Source: Octopus sinensis
Taxonomy: Eukaryota
Assembly: GCF_006345805.1 (NCBI RefSeq)
Contig: NC_043000.1
Coordinates: 28,954,001 to 29,018,000, forward strand
Length of the DNA stretch: 64,000 nucleotides
Direction: 5' to 3'
The notes under the pieces are model-generated. The model was not told the DNA's origin. It made no database searches and was given only the letters and a program-made list of their open reading frames with translations. A program made the translations under genes and the position numbers. Within the stretch, counting starts at the first letter, position 1. Each line of letters opens with the position of its first letter. Positions 12,354 through 26,148 of the stretch are shown here, one piece after another.

Positions 12354-12589
12354 ATATATATATATATTATATATTATATATATATATATATATTGTTGAG
12401 CCTAAAATTATGTGTGTCTGTATGTATTATGTAGGTATGATATATATATATATAAATATATATATGTATATATATATATACACATACATACATACATATA
12501 TATATATATACTTACACACACACGCATGCAATACCTACATATATACACACACATATAATATTTAACACACACCACACACACACACACAC

Positions 12590-12638
<49 letters not shown>

Positions 12639-12640
12639 TA
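12141..12640. repeat. ~250-bp tandem duplication of microsatellite-rich DNA (second copy indel-rich)
   Basis: tattgttgagcctaaaattatgtgtgtctg occurs at 12141 and 12391. Confidence 0.8.
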
Positions 12641-13059
12641 ATATAAGCACGGTGGCAAACACAGATCCGTCCAGTTTATGGTATGTGCGTGTTTTATGGA
12701 TACAGGTATACATATGATTTTATTTCATTGTATAATGTCAGAAGAAAACTAAATCAAGAAAGATATCACTGCTGATATAAATCTATATACCACAATATCT
12801 CTAGTTACGTCTCGTTGTCTCATTTCAATGGTATATTTATGATATCCAATAGAAGACATTGCCTATAAAAAGATTTATCAGACATCTTTACAAATTTAGA
12901 ATAACTTGTCCAGCAACTTGCTGTTTTAGTTGTTGGACGAACGGGAGAGGGGTGAGGAGTGGAAGGTGGGGTGAACCGGAAAAGGAAACAATGTCGACGA
13001 TGAGGGAGACTGCAGCGGTGATGGCGGTGACGTTGGTGGCAGTGATGATGAGGAGGAGG

Positions 13060-13260
13060 ATAATGATGGTGATAGTGGTGGTGGTGGTGGTGGTGCTGCT
13101 GCTGCTGCTGCTGTTGGTGGTGGTGGTGACGATGGTGTTAGCCTTTGCTTTCGTTTGTGTTAATGTCGAAAAAGAAGAAAAAGAGAGAGGAAGTGAAATA
13201 AGATGCGATGGAGGAGGAGGAGGAGAAGAAGAAGAAGAAGAAGAAGAAGAAGAAGAAGAA

Positions 13261-13308
<48 letters not shown>

Positions 13309-13339
13309 GAGGAAAGAAAGATAGAAAGAAAGAAAGAAA

Positions 13340-13370
<31 letters not shown>

Positions 13371-13450
13371 GAGGAAAGAAAGATAGAAAGAAAGAAAGAA
13401 AAAGAAAAAAAGAAAGAAAGAAAGAAAAAAGAGAGAAAGAAAGAAAGATG
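13060..13450. repeat. Compound (GGT)/(GCT)/(GAA)/(GAAA)n microsatellites
   Basis: Direct inspection; explains ORFs 12859..13386 and 13203..13454. Confidence 0.95.
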
Positions 13451-13712
13451 TTGATGGTGGTGAGTAGGAGGAGGAGGAGCAGAAGTTTATTGTTAGCCTT
13501 TTCCTTTCGTTTTTGCTAATATCGAAGGAAATGATGATGACGATGATGATGATGATGAAGATTAGGAGGAGGAGGAAGTGGAGGAGGAGAAGGAAAATAA
13601 AAACGATGATGGCGATGTTATTGTATTTAATTTTATTGTAGTTATGGATATTTTTGTTGCTGCTTCAGCTGTTTCGCTGTTGTTGTTGTTGTTGCTATTG
13701 ATATTTCTTCAG

Positions 13713-13777
13713 TTTGTTGACAGCTTTTCTCCAGAAACCATAGGAAATTGCGTTCGGCTTTTAATAGACCTTATTCG
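13713..13777 (+). other. Candidate internal coding exon (FVDSFSPETIGNCVRLLIDLIR)
   Basis: Acceptor tttcttcag, weak donor cg|gttaaa, open frame, phase 0 to 2. Confidence 0.2.
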
Positions 13778-13844
13778 GTTAAACATATAAATAAATGAAA
13801 TTAAGGGCAAGAAAGAATACGAAGAGATTATGAGGAGAATGTTT

Positions 13845-13910
<66 letters not shown>

Positions 13911-14131
13911 ATTTGGATGTATTCCTCATGGAATTCTTCTACAATACAATAACACGCCAACACATTGACGGAGAACGAAAAGTCGTACACATTTTTAATC
14001 TCGTATCTGCGCTGAAATGAAATTAAGGACTGATAACTGAAACAAAACTAAGATGTAGAACAAATATGTAATACATACGTTGTTCAAAATATACTAGGCA
14101 CATTGTTGTTGCTTGATATATATGCGTATGG

Positions 14132-14172
<41 letters not shown>

Positions 14173-14299
14173 TATCGATAATGGCCGAAATTGCGTTTGA
14201 CCCTCTGGCCGATAACTGATGAGGATTTTGGTGGCTTTCTGTGTTTCCTGTTCGCTTGTGTATTTAGTATATGTTCCTTTGTTTATTTGCTATACGTTT

Positions 14300-14448
14300 T
14301 CTTTTCCGTCTGCCAAATCCACTCACAAGTCTTTTGTCGGCCCGGGGCTATAGTAGAAGGCATTTGCCCAAGGTGCCACGCAGTGGGACTGAACCCGGAA
14401 TCATGTGGTTGGTAAGCAAGCTACTTACCACACAACCACTCCTACGCC
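14300..14448 (-). mobile_element. SINE family A, 5' half
   Basis: Matches 640-832. Confidence 0.85.
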
Positions 14449-14973
14449 TTCTTCATATAATTAAAGTATCTTCGCCCTGATGAGTAGCTGACTGACTGAG
14501 TATCCCTCGTTGAGTAATAATTACATCAGAGGATCTACTAGCTAGAAAGCATATATGTATATAACTCAGTTAACCTTTATATTGGTCAGAAGGGATACGC
14601 ATCCCTCTGTTGTATATCCATTAACTTTATATCGCCTGGAGGAATGAATCCATGAAGGTGATCAGCCCAATGTCCACGGATACTACGGACTACACTGTAA
14701 CCATCCCAGCAATATGGACTGTGATCTTAAGAGACATGTGATTTGTGGAAACGCGCGTAGCAAAGCATTAAATGTTCATAAATTCCATCCAAGGATTATT
14801 GTTATTATTGACTGTATTCATCCTACATTATATCGGTACAGCTCGATGCAACCCCAAAAGACTGGTTCACCAGTCAGCATCATTAGACTTTGGCCAACAT
14901 AAGGGAATAGGAAATTTATTTGCATACTCAAAACATTTCCCGTAAGCAAATTTTATATGTATATACATATATA

Positions 14974-15013
<40 letters not shown>

Positions 15014-15032
15014 ATATATATATATATATATA

Positions 15033-15695
15033 TTACTTTTGACGGCAGCAGAACACGATCACACAATACATATCTTCACTGTAAATTCCAGTTACAATGC
15101 TTCCTTTCAGACGGGCCCTTTTAAGCTCAGAGTGCTGAAACATCTGTCCCTCCCAGCCATTGCAACCAGTCCTAACAGTACTCCTCCGCTTGTTCCGATC
15201 CAATGCATCATTTTCCCAATCACTTTTGTTCATATCTAGTTTCTTCAGGTTTTCCTTCACACAGTTTTTATACCTTTTCCTCGTCTTATGTTGTAGTCTC
15301 TTACCAGAGTTGAGCTCACCATAAAAAGGGCGCTTTGGCAATCGCTCATCTTGTTCAATTGAGCTACAACATGCCATGCGCAAAACTTCAGTATCTGGTA
15401 CAAAACATTCCCACTTGACTCCCAAAATACGCCTGAAACACTTTTGGTGAAGTCTCTCCATCATTTTCATATGATGCCTGTGAGTGGCCCATGCCTCACT
15501 CGAATAAAGAAGTGCAGACAACATACACGTTTTATAGACACTCATTTTTGTCAATGAAGAAATACCTCTATCCACCCATACTCGCTTTTCCAGCTTTCAA
15601 AATGCAACACTTCCCTGCCTTATTCGATAATATATCACTGCATCAAGAATACCATCTGTGCTTCCAAGTGTGCTTCCAAGGTAAACAGATGTGGC
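15033..15695 (-). pseudogene. RTE-clade LINE reverse transcriptase C-terminal fragment
   Basis: YLGSTL...DAVIYYRI then KMSVYKTCMLSALLYSSEAW...ERLHQKCFRRILGVKW...RLPKRPFYGELNSGKR...KRYKNCVKENLK, typical of RTE/BovB-like elements. Frameshifted. Confidence 0.85.
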
Positions 15696-15709
15696 AATAT
15701 ACATACATG

Positions 15710-15754
<45 letters not shown>

Positions 15755-15760
15755 GTATGT

Positions 15761-15975
15761 ATACAAAATTTAGAGGAATGACCACTTAAAGTGGACAGCC
15801 TATATGCTAGATATAGACGTCAAAATCGCCATTTTCCACGGAGAATGTGTTCTCAAGAAAAAATTCTGCAAGAAAAAAATTTTGAGAACACATTCTCCGT
15901 GGAAAATGGCGATTTTGACGTCTATTTAGCATACAGGCTGTCCACTCTTAGTGGTCATTCCTCTAAATTTTGTAT
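15761..15975. repeat. Fold-back element between (TA)n/(TATG)n tracts
   Basis: ~100-bp arms atacaaaatttagaggaatgaccac... / ...gtggtcattcctctaaattttgtat. Related to 18408-18601 and to a single arm at ~62030-62090. Confidence 0.85.
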
Positions 15976-16058
15976 GTAAAACAATTTTTAATCTTCGGAT
16001 TTTTTAAAATATGTTAGGGTACTGGTTTTAATTGATTAATATCAATTTCTACCCTTAT

Positions 16059-16096
<38 letters not shown>

Positions 16097-17179
16097 AACA
16101 GCATATTTTGTGGGTAGAAATATATGCACGACTGCTACTCATTATGTTTAGAGTTCGACGTTCAGCTCTCCAATCCCTTCTATCTTTTTTCTCTCTTTAT
16201 TTTCTGATTGTCTTCTCTGTCTCTCTGTCAGTTTTTCTTTCGCTCTCCTTCTCGCTCCTGTTTCTTAGTCCATTTTCCCCTTCTCAACCAATTGCTTTCC
16301 TTCGATTTCCTTTTTCAAAATATTTATTAAACGCCTCACACTCTATTACATATATATGATAATCACCTGAAATACAAAACCCTTTTAAATCTACCTATTT
16401 AAAGTTCTTTTATTGCCTTACTTGTGTTTCGTCGCGTTTTGTTGCAGATTTTAGCTGAAGTGGATCCAATTTTATAAATCTCACCTGTAGTGATAGAATT
16501 TTTTTTTTTTGGTAGGGATTTTAAAGGGTTAAGTATTTCGTTCCATTTTGTTAGTTTAATTACTGGATATCGAAAGGAACAAACTGTTACATATTAGGAT
16601 GAAGTCTTTAAGAATTTAATATATTCATAGTATAAATTGAGCGTATTCGAATACCGAAAGCAACACATGCTCACACACACGTACAAGAAGATGTACACAC
16701 GTATACACTTACATATATACATATTCATACCTATCCTACACACAAAATGCTAGTAATTCTATACTATCGTTGCCGAAAATTTGCATTCGATAGTATTTGT
16801 TTGACAGTATTTATGATGGAGGTGAAATTATTTTAACATTATGTTGTTCTAGCATCTAATTTATAGGTAAAACTCTTGGTTATCTTAATTAGATTTTTTT
16901 CTGGTGTTTCTTTGTTTGGTTTTGCCAATACTCATTTATAGAATCGTTGACGAATTCACAATTCTAAACTCTATTTCCGATTAGTGGTGGTCTTAACTGC
17001 ATTATAGCAGCCGATAATGTCTAATTTACTGAACACTGAAATAATCCCAGCACTGCTAATGGCCATTCTTAAATCTTTTGAATATTTCATTCCTGTTTAC
17101 TAGTATTATATTTTATGGTGTTGCTTTAACAATCTGCTGGGAAAGAAGTCATATTTTAATCTTTCTTTTTATTATTTTT

Positions 17180-17279
<100 letters not shown>

Positions 17280-17496
17280 TTTATCAGTGGAGTTTTCAAG
17301 AGCCAAAATAATGGTTTGGTGTTATAGAATCGACGAAAAACGGAAAGTAAAAGAATAGGTCACAATAGAGAAGTGTCAAAATGGGTGCCGATATGAAAAA
17401 ACGTCACAAACAGGGGTATAAGTCGCAAAAGAAGCTTATGACAAAATATATGATCTGGTAAAATTTTACAATATGGATGGATGGATTGATGAATGG

Positions 17497-17532
<36 letters not shown>

Positions 17533-18254
17533 ACGCTTGGCATTTAAGGTTAGCTGGCTGGTTGGCTTCCAGGCAATATGTTCTTCGGGTGTGCATATTC
17601 ATGTATATATGTATGTATTCATTGATTCGTTGACCAAGTAGATAGTAAAAAGAACACGATAAAGGTGTGCATGACAGCTTGCTTTATTTCCTGAGAACTT
17701 TCGACGATTTATGCAAATTTTACTCTCGGCTAAATGGTATTAGGAAATATTTTTAGAAATATGCATGCAAGTATGTGTGCAAAATTTATGCATAGAAAGA
17801 AAGATAGTGCTTACATGGATTATTACGCTCATACATAAAAATATTCATTCGTATACATATTGCTCATATACATATATAATCATATATACTTGTGTGTGTG
17901 TATATATATATATATATAATATATATATATATATAGGTGCACAATGATGCTTGCTTAATGGTGGAAGATTTGCGATTGCAATGAGAAATAATACATATAC
18001 AATGCGTGATCCAAAATACTCCACCATATTTCATAGATTTATTCATAGAAGCATACAAATTATCATCCACATCCATATGAATAATATACAAATTCAAAAC
18101 ACACACACACACACACCTAATCACATACATACATATATTTATATTTGTAGTGTAATACATGAAATTATATAATCGTGTAACTATCACAAAGAAAACTCCT
18201 CTAGCGTACCCGGGTAGCAGACCACATAGTAATCCAATACGGAGGAGTATAGAA

Positions 18255-18298
<44 letters not shown>

Positions 18299-18407
18299 TA
18301 AATTAAAATGGGGGTGAAAAATTGGATATTAATTTGATTAACATCAATTTAAAACCAGTGGTCTAGCATATTAAAATCTGAAGGTTTCAATAAATTGTAT
18401 TACATAC

Positions 18408-18601
18408 ATATGAGAGGGATGACCACTATGTAGACAACTCTTATGCTAGAAATAGATCCGCTATGGTCTTACCACTAAGAACTGTTCTCAAGAAAATTTG
18501 GTGTTTGCTAAATTTTTTTGAGAACATATCTTAGTGGTAAGACCATAGCGGATCTACTTCTAGCATAAGGGTTGTCCACATAGTGGTCATCCCTCTCATA
18601 T
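18408..18601. repeat. Fold-back element related to 15761-15975
   Basis: atatgagagggatgaccactatg... / ...catagtggtcatccctctcatat; shares gaccac..gtggaca..atgctaga..tgttctcaa. Confidence 0.85.
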
Positions 18602-18629
18602 TTATATATATATATATGTATATATAATA

Positions 18630-18744
<115 letters not shown>

Positions 18745-18920
18745 GGTTAAGTAATTGAGATTTTAGTGAATTCTAAAGAATTCACATGAATATGGTCCTT
18801 AACTAGGATGCACCGGATATCTATATGGTGTTAACCATACGACAAATGGGGTGATTATAAATAGGCAAAAAGCAACAAGAATGGATTAAATCCATTTTAA
18901 TCCATTCTTGTTGCTTTTTT

Positions 18921-18988
<68 letters not shown>

Positions 18989-19369
18989 ATTGTTAAGAGA
19001 TTTCACACGAGTAAATTTATATAAGCGAAAAGACAAAAGTGCTTTATCGAAGATAAAAGAAAGTATTTACATTTTTGTCATTAAATTATGCTACCGGTTT
19101 CAGTCACTTTAAACGATGACTTTTTTCATGCTGAAATATAAAGAAAAAATATATTGAAATAAGTCAAATCAATCTTTCTTTATATCAGTTCTGGAAGCTC
19201 ACGTGTTTTTCTTACAAAACTCACATGATGCTAGTATTTCGTTCTCTTCTGGTTGCTGCGGGATCGTCGTCAGTAGTAGTAGTAGTAGTAGTAGTTTGAA
19301 GGTATTCCAGATGTCCTTTGTCATTAAGGAGTGGCTTATAATAGTAACAGCAGTAGTAATGCCAGTGGT

Positions 19370-19697
19370 ACATACATAAATACATACACACATACATACA
19401 TACATCCATGCATAAGTATATACATACATATATACATGCACGCATACATACATACATACATCCATGCATAAGTATATACATACATATATACATGCACGCA
19501 TACATACATACATACATACATACATACAGACATGCATACTATATACATACATATATACATGCATGCATACATACATACACACATGTATACGTATATACAT
19601 ACATATATACATGCACACATACATACATACATACATACATACATACATACATACATACATACATACATACATACATACATACATACATACATACATT
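19370..19697. repeat. (CATA)n compound microsatellite
   Basis: Direct inspection. Confidence 0.95.
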
Positions 19698-19992
19698 AAG
19701 TGATGTACAGTGATAGAGTTTAGTTGCCATGTAGATATGGGTATCTCTTCCAAGACATCGACAAAGAGAATATCTAATGGGCGTTTGCTTAGAACCCTCA
19801 GCTTCCCAAGCCTGATTTACATTTAAACCAATAATTAAACCAATAATCGTCTGTATGCTTGGTTACGCAGGTAAATGTCTAAGTGACATTCTGTGGCAGC
19901 TGGGATTTACAAAGTAATCAACTAAGACGAACTTTACAGGTACAATCTCTAAAGAGAACAATAAATGTACATAAGAATTTCTTTTACTGCAG

Positions 19993-20071
19993 GGATCAGA
20001 TACAACCATTCAAAATGTCCATTACCCTTAACTGCGGAAATCAGTTTTATATACTAATGTCCTTTGTTGAG
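19993..20071 (+). other. Candidate internal exon (DQIQPFKMSITLNCGNQFYILMSFVE)
   Basis: Strong acceptor ttcttttactgcag and consensus donor GAG|GTAAGT. Only one of three frames is open (phase 2 to 0). Confidence 0.35.
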
Positions 20072-20687
20072 GTAAGTCTTGTTTGAAACTAATTTTTGTA
20101 GAGATATGTGAAGTTTATTGAGGCAACGGGACTTGTAGAAAATACCAATTCTATTATTAATAGATATTTAACATAACTGAAATATCAAAGAAATTTTATT
20201 TCGGAATTAAAGGTTTAACGTTCAATAGATAACAGATATGATTCTTAGCCAAAATGCAGCAATGGAGATTTTTTATATCTCACTTTTTTAAAAAAGTACT
20301 AATAATAAAAAAAAATCTAAAGACATAAATACAAACATACACACATACAAAAATGTAACGTTAAAAGATATTGAGGAAGAGAGCGAAAAACAGAGAAACA
20401 TTTCATGTTAAGAGAATCAATGAAGGCTACTTGCTGCTCCGAGTTTCTCGTTATCAACTATCTTCAAGAAATTTGCCTAAAACTCTAAATAGAAAGAATA
20501 TTACGTTGAAATTTCTCAACTTGAAATATATACACTCAACTATGTTAGTTTTAAGGACTCATTTCCTTGCTTCTACTAGATTTATATAGAGCTCCATATA
20601 CAAAAACATTTACATACATATACACTGTTGCACTGGCAAGAACATGGATACAGGGAAAACAACTCTAGCGTTAGCTTCCCGGCCATT

Positions 20688-20723
<36 letters not shown>

Positions 20724-20740
20724 GTATGTATATGTATAGG

Positions 20741-20885
20741 GTAAGTAGCTTGCTTACCAACTACATGGTTCCGGGTCCAGTCCCATTGCGTGGCACCTTG
20801 GGTAAGTATCTTCTACTATATTCTCAGGCCAACCAAAGCCTTGTGAGTTGATTTGAAAGAGGGAAACTGAAAGAAGCCTATCATA
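20741..20885 (+). mobile_element. SINE family A, 5' half
   Basis: Matches the family A head. Confidence 0.8.
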
Positions 20886-21056
20886 TATATAATATATATA
20901 TATATATATATGTATATATATTCCACATATGCGTAAACACAGAGGGACAAACAAAGACAGACAAAGAGATTATATATATATATATATATATTGGCAAAAA
21001 CGGTAAGATAACAAAAGAAAGAAAGAGACCTCAATATTATGTAAATAGAGGAAATT

Positions 21057-21237
21057 TATCTATAAAATAATATGTTACATTTACTCAATAGTCAAGATAA
21101 AACTCTGAGTTTCAGATGCCGAGGTGGAAATCCATGGCCAGATAACCGAAGAGATGGTGTTGTGGATTTCCACTTCGGCATCTGAAACTCAGAGTTTTAT
21201 CTTGACTATTGAGTAAATGTAACATATTATTTTATAG

Positions 21238-21240
<3 letters not shown>
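21057..21240. mobile_element. Fold-back (78-bp arms) of a Penelope-like mini-element family (family G) containing a hammerhead
   Basis: Arms 21057-21134 / 21163-21240 with one mismatch. The same family occurs at 24140-24300 and 61781-61950. Confidence 0.75.
21141..21201 (+). ncRNA. type I hammerhead variant (U4C core, GUU site)
   Basis: gataa CCGAAGA gatg...catc t GAAA ctc-a-gag TT ttatc; 5-bp stem I. Confidence 0.55.
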
Positions 21241-21303
<63 letters not shown>

Positions 21304-21325
21304 TGTGTGTGGTGTGTGTGTGTGT

Positions 21326-21630
21326 GGAGGCGCAATGGCCCAGTGGTTAGGGCAGCAGACTCGCGGTTGTAGGATCGCGGTTTCGATTCCCAGACCGGGC
21401 GTTATGAGTGTTTATTGAGCGAAAACACCTAAAGCTCCACCACGCTCCGGCAGGGGGTGGTAGTGATCCCTGCTGTACTCTTTCACCACAACTTTCTCTC
21501 ACTCTTTCTTCTGTTGGCCTGCTCGCTTAGCCAGCGGAGTGACGTCATTTGGAGGCTAAAACAATGCGAAGCGCATTGTGATCAGCGATGTATAGCAACA
21601 TCTGATAGCCTGGTCGGTGACGGTGACGGT
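21326..21630 (+). mobile_element. tRNA-derived SINE family C, alternative tail
   Basis: Head GGAGGCGCAATGGCCCAGTGGTTAGGGCAG...GGTTTCGATTCCC with A and B boxes. Head shared with 25793 and 60823 copies. Confidence 0.85.
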
Positions 21631-21639
21631 GATATATAT

Positions 21640-21800
21640 ATATATATATAGGGAGAATTGACGAAAAAAACACAAGACGAAGACAGGTGGTGTAGAAAAC
21701 AAACAGATGTATTTGTATAACGTTTCGAGCCTACGCTCTTCCACAGAAAGAAACAAGGAGAGAAAATAAATGTGTGTAGTGGCTAGTGATCTACACACAT
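21640..21800 (-). mobile_element. Dispersed Penelope-like terminal-repeat family H with a hammerhead-like motif
   Basis: Homologous to 30165-30350 and, inverted, to 63020-63170. Carries CTGTGGA a gagc-gtag-gctc GAAA CG TT. Confidence 0.5.
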
Positions 21801-22398
21801 ATATATATATATACATCAATATACAGATATACACACATATCTATATGTATACGACCATGTATATATATGTATGTATGGTAAAATATGCTTAAGTGTATGC
21901 AAAGATATATGCATATACTCACTCACACACGCGTCACGCGCACACTCACATACACACAGTCATGTGACTATATGCTGTTTGCATGGATTTTAAGTGTAGC
22001 CTGTGTAGCGGCCATTTTCTCCCGTTTCGTTCATAATTTGTTTACATGTGCAGCAAATTCATTAAAACAACACATAGTAACTCCATAAAACAAAGAGAAT
22101 GGAGCTGGGACTGTAGTTGGGGCTGCAGTCACGTGACAAATTCCCAGTTTATCATTTGTTTGTCCTTATCTTTTTGTTTTGTTTTTTAATTGTGTTTATT
22201 TTTCATTTTAGTTTTTGTGGGGGTTTTTTCGGTTCAGAAATGTTTCAATGTCGTGATGTGATCGCGCATTTTTCATTGACGAAAATAACATGTCGAAGAC
22301 AATATTGAAACTGAAGATGGCAATTTTAAAGGAAGCATTCCATTTTTTAAATATATGTGTTTGTATATGTACGGGTGTACATTTATACACACACACAC

Positions 22399-22431
<33 letters not shown>

Positions 22432-22738
22432 GGGTGGGTGTATGTGTGTATATATACGTTTATATATAGTTATATTAGAACTCACACACACATACCTGTG
22501 TATGTGCGTGCGAGTGTGTACGCGTTTATATGTATACATACATGTAGCTATGTAATGGATATGCACATCTATATATATATATATAAGCTATATATACATA
22601 TACAGTCATACTCATATAGATAGCTATAAAACGTCTAAGATATACATGTTATATACATATATATATTTACGTATGTGTATGTACATATACATGCATGTAT
22701 GCGTACGTACGTACGTCTATACATGCATACACCACAAT

Positions 22739-22799
<61 letters not shown>

Positions 22800-22894
22800 G
22801 TGTATGTATGTATGTATGTATGTATGTATGTATGTATGTATGCATGTATGTATGTGTGCATGTATGTATTATATATATATAATGAAATAAAAGA

Positions 22895-23025
22895 TGGCTG
22901 TGTGGTAAGTAGCATGCTTACCATCCACATGGTTCCGGGTTCAGTCCCACTGCGTGGCACCTTAGGCAAGTGTCTTTTACTCTAGCCTCGAGCCGACCAA
23001 AGCCTTGTGATTGGATTTGGTAGTC

Positions 23026-23066
<41 letters not shown>

Positions 23067-23580
23067 CTTGTGTGTATGTATGTATATGTTTGTGTGCCTG
23101 TGTCCGCCCACCCCCAACATCGCTTGACAACGGATGCTGGTGTGTTTACGTCCCCATCACTTAGCGGTTCGGCAAGAGAGACCGATAGAATAAGTACTAG
23201 GCTTACAAAGAATAAGTCCTAGGGTTGATTTGCTCGACTAAAGGCCGTGCTCCAGCATGGCCGCAACAAATAACTGAAAAAAAGAAAGAAAAAGAAAAAT
23301 ATATATATATGTGTGTGTGTGTATGTATCTATGTGTGTATATGTTTGTGTGTCTGTGTTTGTCCCCCACCACCACCACCATCGCTTGACAATCGATGCTG
23401 GTGTGTTTACGTCCCGGTGACATTAGCAATTTGGCAACAAGAAATCGATAGAATAAGTACTAGGCTTACAAAAATAAGTCCTGGTGGTGGTGGGGGGGTC
23501 GATTCGCTCGACTAAAAGGCGGTGCTCCAGCATGGCCGCAGTCAAATGACTGAAACAAATGAAAGAATAAAAGAATAAGG
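22895..23580 (+). mobile_element. SINE family A composite (head plus two body/tail copies separated by microsatellites)
   Basis: Head 22895-23027; bodies ~23095-23280 and ~23350-23580. Confidence 0.85.
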
Positions 23581-24707
23581 ATATTCTGCTTATTTCTTTC
23601 TGCTTGACAACTTTTATCTTTTTTTCTGTTAGGCTTGTTTGTTTTGTTTCCCTGTATCATCTTGTAATTCGTTAATTTCCTTTATTTTGTGTTATTTTCC
23701 TTCTTTTCGTCAAGCTCCTGCTGCCGCCGCCGTTACTGGTTTTCTTTCTGTTATTGATGTTGTTGCAGTTGTTATTATCATCATTTTCGTGTTGGAGGTG
23801 TTGATGGGGGTGTAATTGCGTTCCGCGTTGTGTGTTACTTGTTCTACATCACTTCAATTACCTCGCTAACAATCACCATAATATATACCCGTCACAATAT
23901 ACACACACGACATGAAAAAAACGTTTAGCTCTTACTAACAACCATCTCAAATATGTGTGGGGGGTGGAGGTGTATGAATATGTATATATAACAACCACAG
24001 AATGCACTCACTACAATATGTAACTTCTACAATATACACCCACCAGAATATACACAACCTGATATACATTATACAGCCATACAACCACTTTATTACTCTT
24101 ACCACAATAAAGATTTGCCACTCACTCACAACCACGAATATATATATATATATAGACAACAAAAGAATGAAAGAGACCTCGATATTATGTTAATAGAGGA
24201 ATTTATCTGTAAATATTATATGTGACAATTATTCGGTAGCCATGATAAAACTCTGAGTTTTGGGTATCGGGGGGGTATCTCTTCAGTTATCCGGCCATCG
24301 AAAAAATGCTATGAAAATGAACGTTAAACAAAGGGAAATTACTATGTGATTGACCGTTATTAAGACAAAAGAGTTATTAGAATGAGCGCTAAGTGAGAGG
24401 AGGGAGTAAAAATACTCATAGTATTCGCGTAAGCGCGCATGTCCATACCTACACATGAGCGCTCGGACACCCACGTACAAGCGCTTATAAGTATATACTC
24501 ATCTACCCTCACTTGAAACACACACATGCTCATCCGCACATTTGCATACACGCTCGCACACACACACACGCACATACACACACACACAAGCACAAAAAAG
24601 GTTCATACATACGTCTGTATGTAAGACGTGTGTAAGAAGAAAACCTATCAAAATTACATATTATGTCCCAAACAGTTTCCGAATAATAAAAGTATAAATT
24701 ATTTGGT

Positions 24708-24975
24708 CTGTTGTGTCTGGGGAGAGTCATTCTCTTTTAGTGCCTGATAATTTAACACACTCACCGGTAAAATTTCCATTCCTTTTCTTCTTATTTTTCT
24801 AAAAATTTCGTTGCGTCTTGCAACCTTTTCAATAGTTGTTGACAACTATTGAAAAGGTTACTAGACGCAACGAAAGTTTTTTAAAAAATAAATAAGTGAA
24901 TGAGTGGAAATTTTACCGGTGGGTGTGTTAAATAATAAGGCACTAAAAGAGAATGACTTTCCCTAGACACAACAG
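24708..24975. repeat. Fold-back element (~130-bp arms); single arm also at 35630-35758
   Basis: ctgttgtgtctggggagagtcattctc... / ...gagaatgactttccctagacacaacag, centred on caatagttgttgacaactattg. Confidence 0.85.
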
Positions 24976-25526
24976 AATATGCTTCGACTCACATAAAGAA
25001 TCTTGCAAACCAAGTCCAAAAACGAAATTACTTATTATTCTCTAAATTAATTGCAGCAACTGTATTAAATTCCAATAGAAATTATTTTTTTACATACCTA
25101 TTCCCCATTTTTCAGGAGGGGTAGCCACAACAAGACAAACACCAAGCATTCCATTCATTTCCCAATTCAAAGAACGAGCCCCATTCTATGCTTGGGTCAA
25201 GGCATAGAACGCAACCCCCAATATCAGCATATCTGCATATGCTGGTTTACCCCCGCCTCATCATGCTGGCTCCGTACCCCTTTGAGCAACATCAAATTCA
25301 CTCATCCGTCCACAAACACTCTCCAAGCTTTCCTATCATTTATAAACTCTCTTGCCTCTCTCACTCCAACACCTCTAACCACCAAAGCTTTCCTCACGCC
25401 ATCCATCCACACAAACCGAGTTCCAGCAGAAATAGGGTAACAAAAAGATTAAATCACCTAAAAATTTTGCTCCACGATAACAGACTTAAAGTAATGCCAA
25501 TGCCAAATCCATGTATTCCATTTTAC

Positions 25527-25710
25527 CGTAGCGAGCTGGCGGAAACGTTAGCACGCCGGGCGAAATGCGTAGCCGTATTTCGTCTGCCGTTACGTTCTGA
25601 ATTCAAATTCCGCCGAGGTCGACTTCGCCTTTCATCCTTTCGGGGTCGATAAATTAAGTACCAGTTACGCACTGGGGTCGATGTAACGATTCTGCCAGCT
25701 CGCTGCCTTT
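25527..25710 (+). mobile_element. SINE family B followed by an inverted head fragment
   Basis: Reverse complement of the 6290-6453 copy; ends in cgattctgccagctcgctgcc. Confidence 0.8.
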
Positions 25711-25792
25711 TTGCTTTAATATCGTTGCGTTGCTATAACATCCATTCACCTGGGTGCATTTTGTGTTTTTCCCTTAATGTAGTGTTGAATGT

Positions 25793-26148
25793 GGAGGCGT
25801 AATGGTCCAGTGTTTCGGCCAGCGGACTCGAAGTGATAGAATCGGGGTTTCGATTCCCAGACCGAGCATTGTGAGTGCTTATTGAGGTTCCGACAACGGG
25901 CTGGTGGCGAACTCTGATGTACTCTTCCACCACAACTTTCTCTCACGATTCCTTCCTGTTTCTGTTGTACCCGTATTTCAAAGGGCCAGCCTTGTCACAC
26001 TCTGTGTCACGCTGAATCTCTCCGAGAACTATATTAAGGGTACATGTATCTGTGGAGTGCTCAGCCACTTGCACGTTAATTTCATGAGCAGGCTCTTCCG
26101 TTGATCGGATCAACTGGAACCCTCGTCGTCGTAACCGACAGAGTGCCA
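25793..26148 (+). mobile_element. tRNA-derived SINE family C, full length
   Basis: Reverse complement of 60823-61198. Confidence 0.85.

Noticed and set aside
14600-14900. Unique GC-richer segment with short open frames on both strands
   Set aside because: No recognisable domain or consistent splice boundaries.
19088-19134. Minus-strand agtca/tgact stem + GAAA CCGG TA
   Set aside because: The core reads ATGAAAA(A) and stem I is only 2 bp; at best a heavily decayed relic.
19225-19278. Minus-strand CTGACGA ... GAAA TACTA
   Set aside because: Stems I and II do not pair convincingly.
21326-21400. tRNA gene (A and B boxes present)
   Set aside because: Continues into a SINE body and lacks a complete cloverleaf; same for the other SINE heads.
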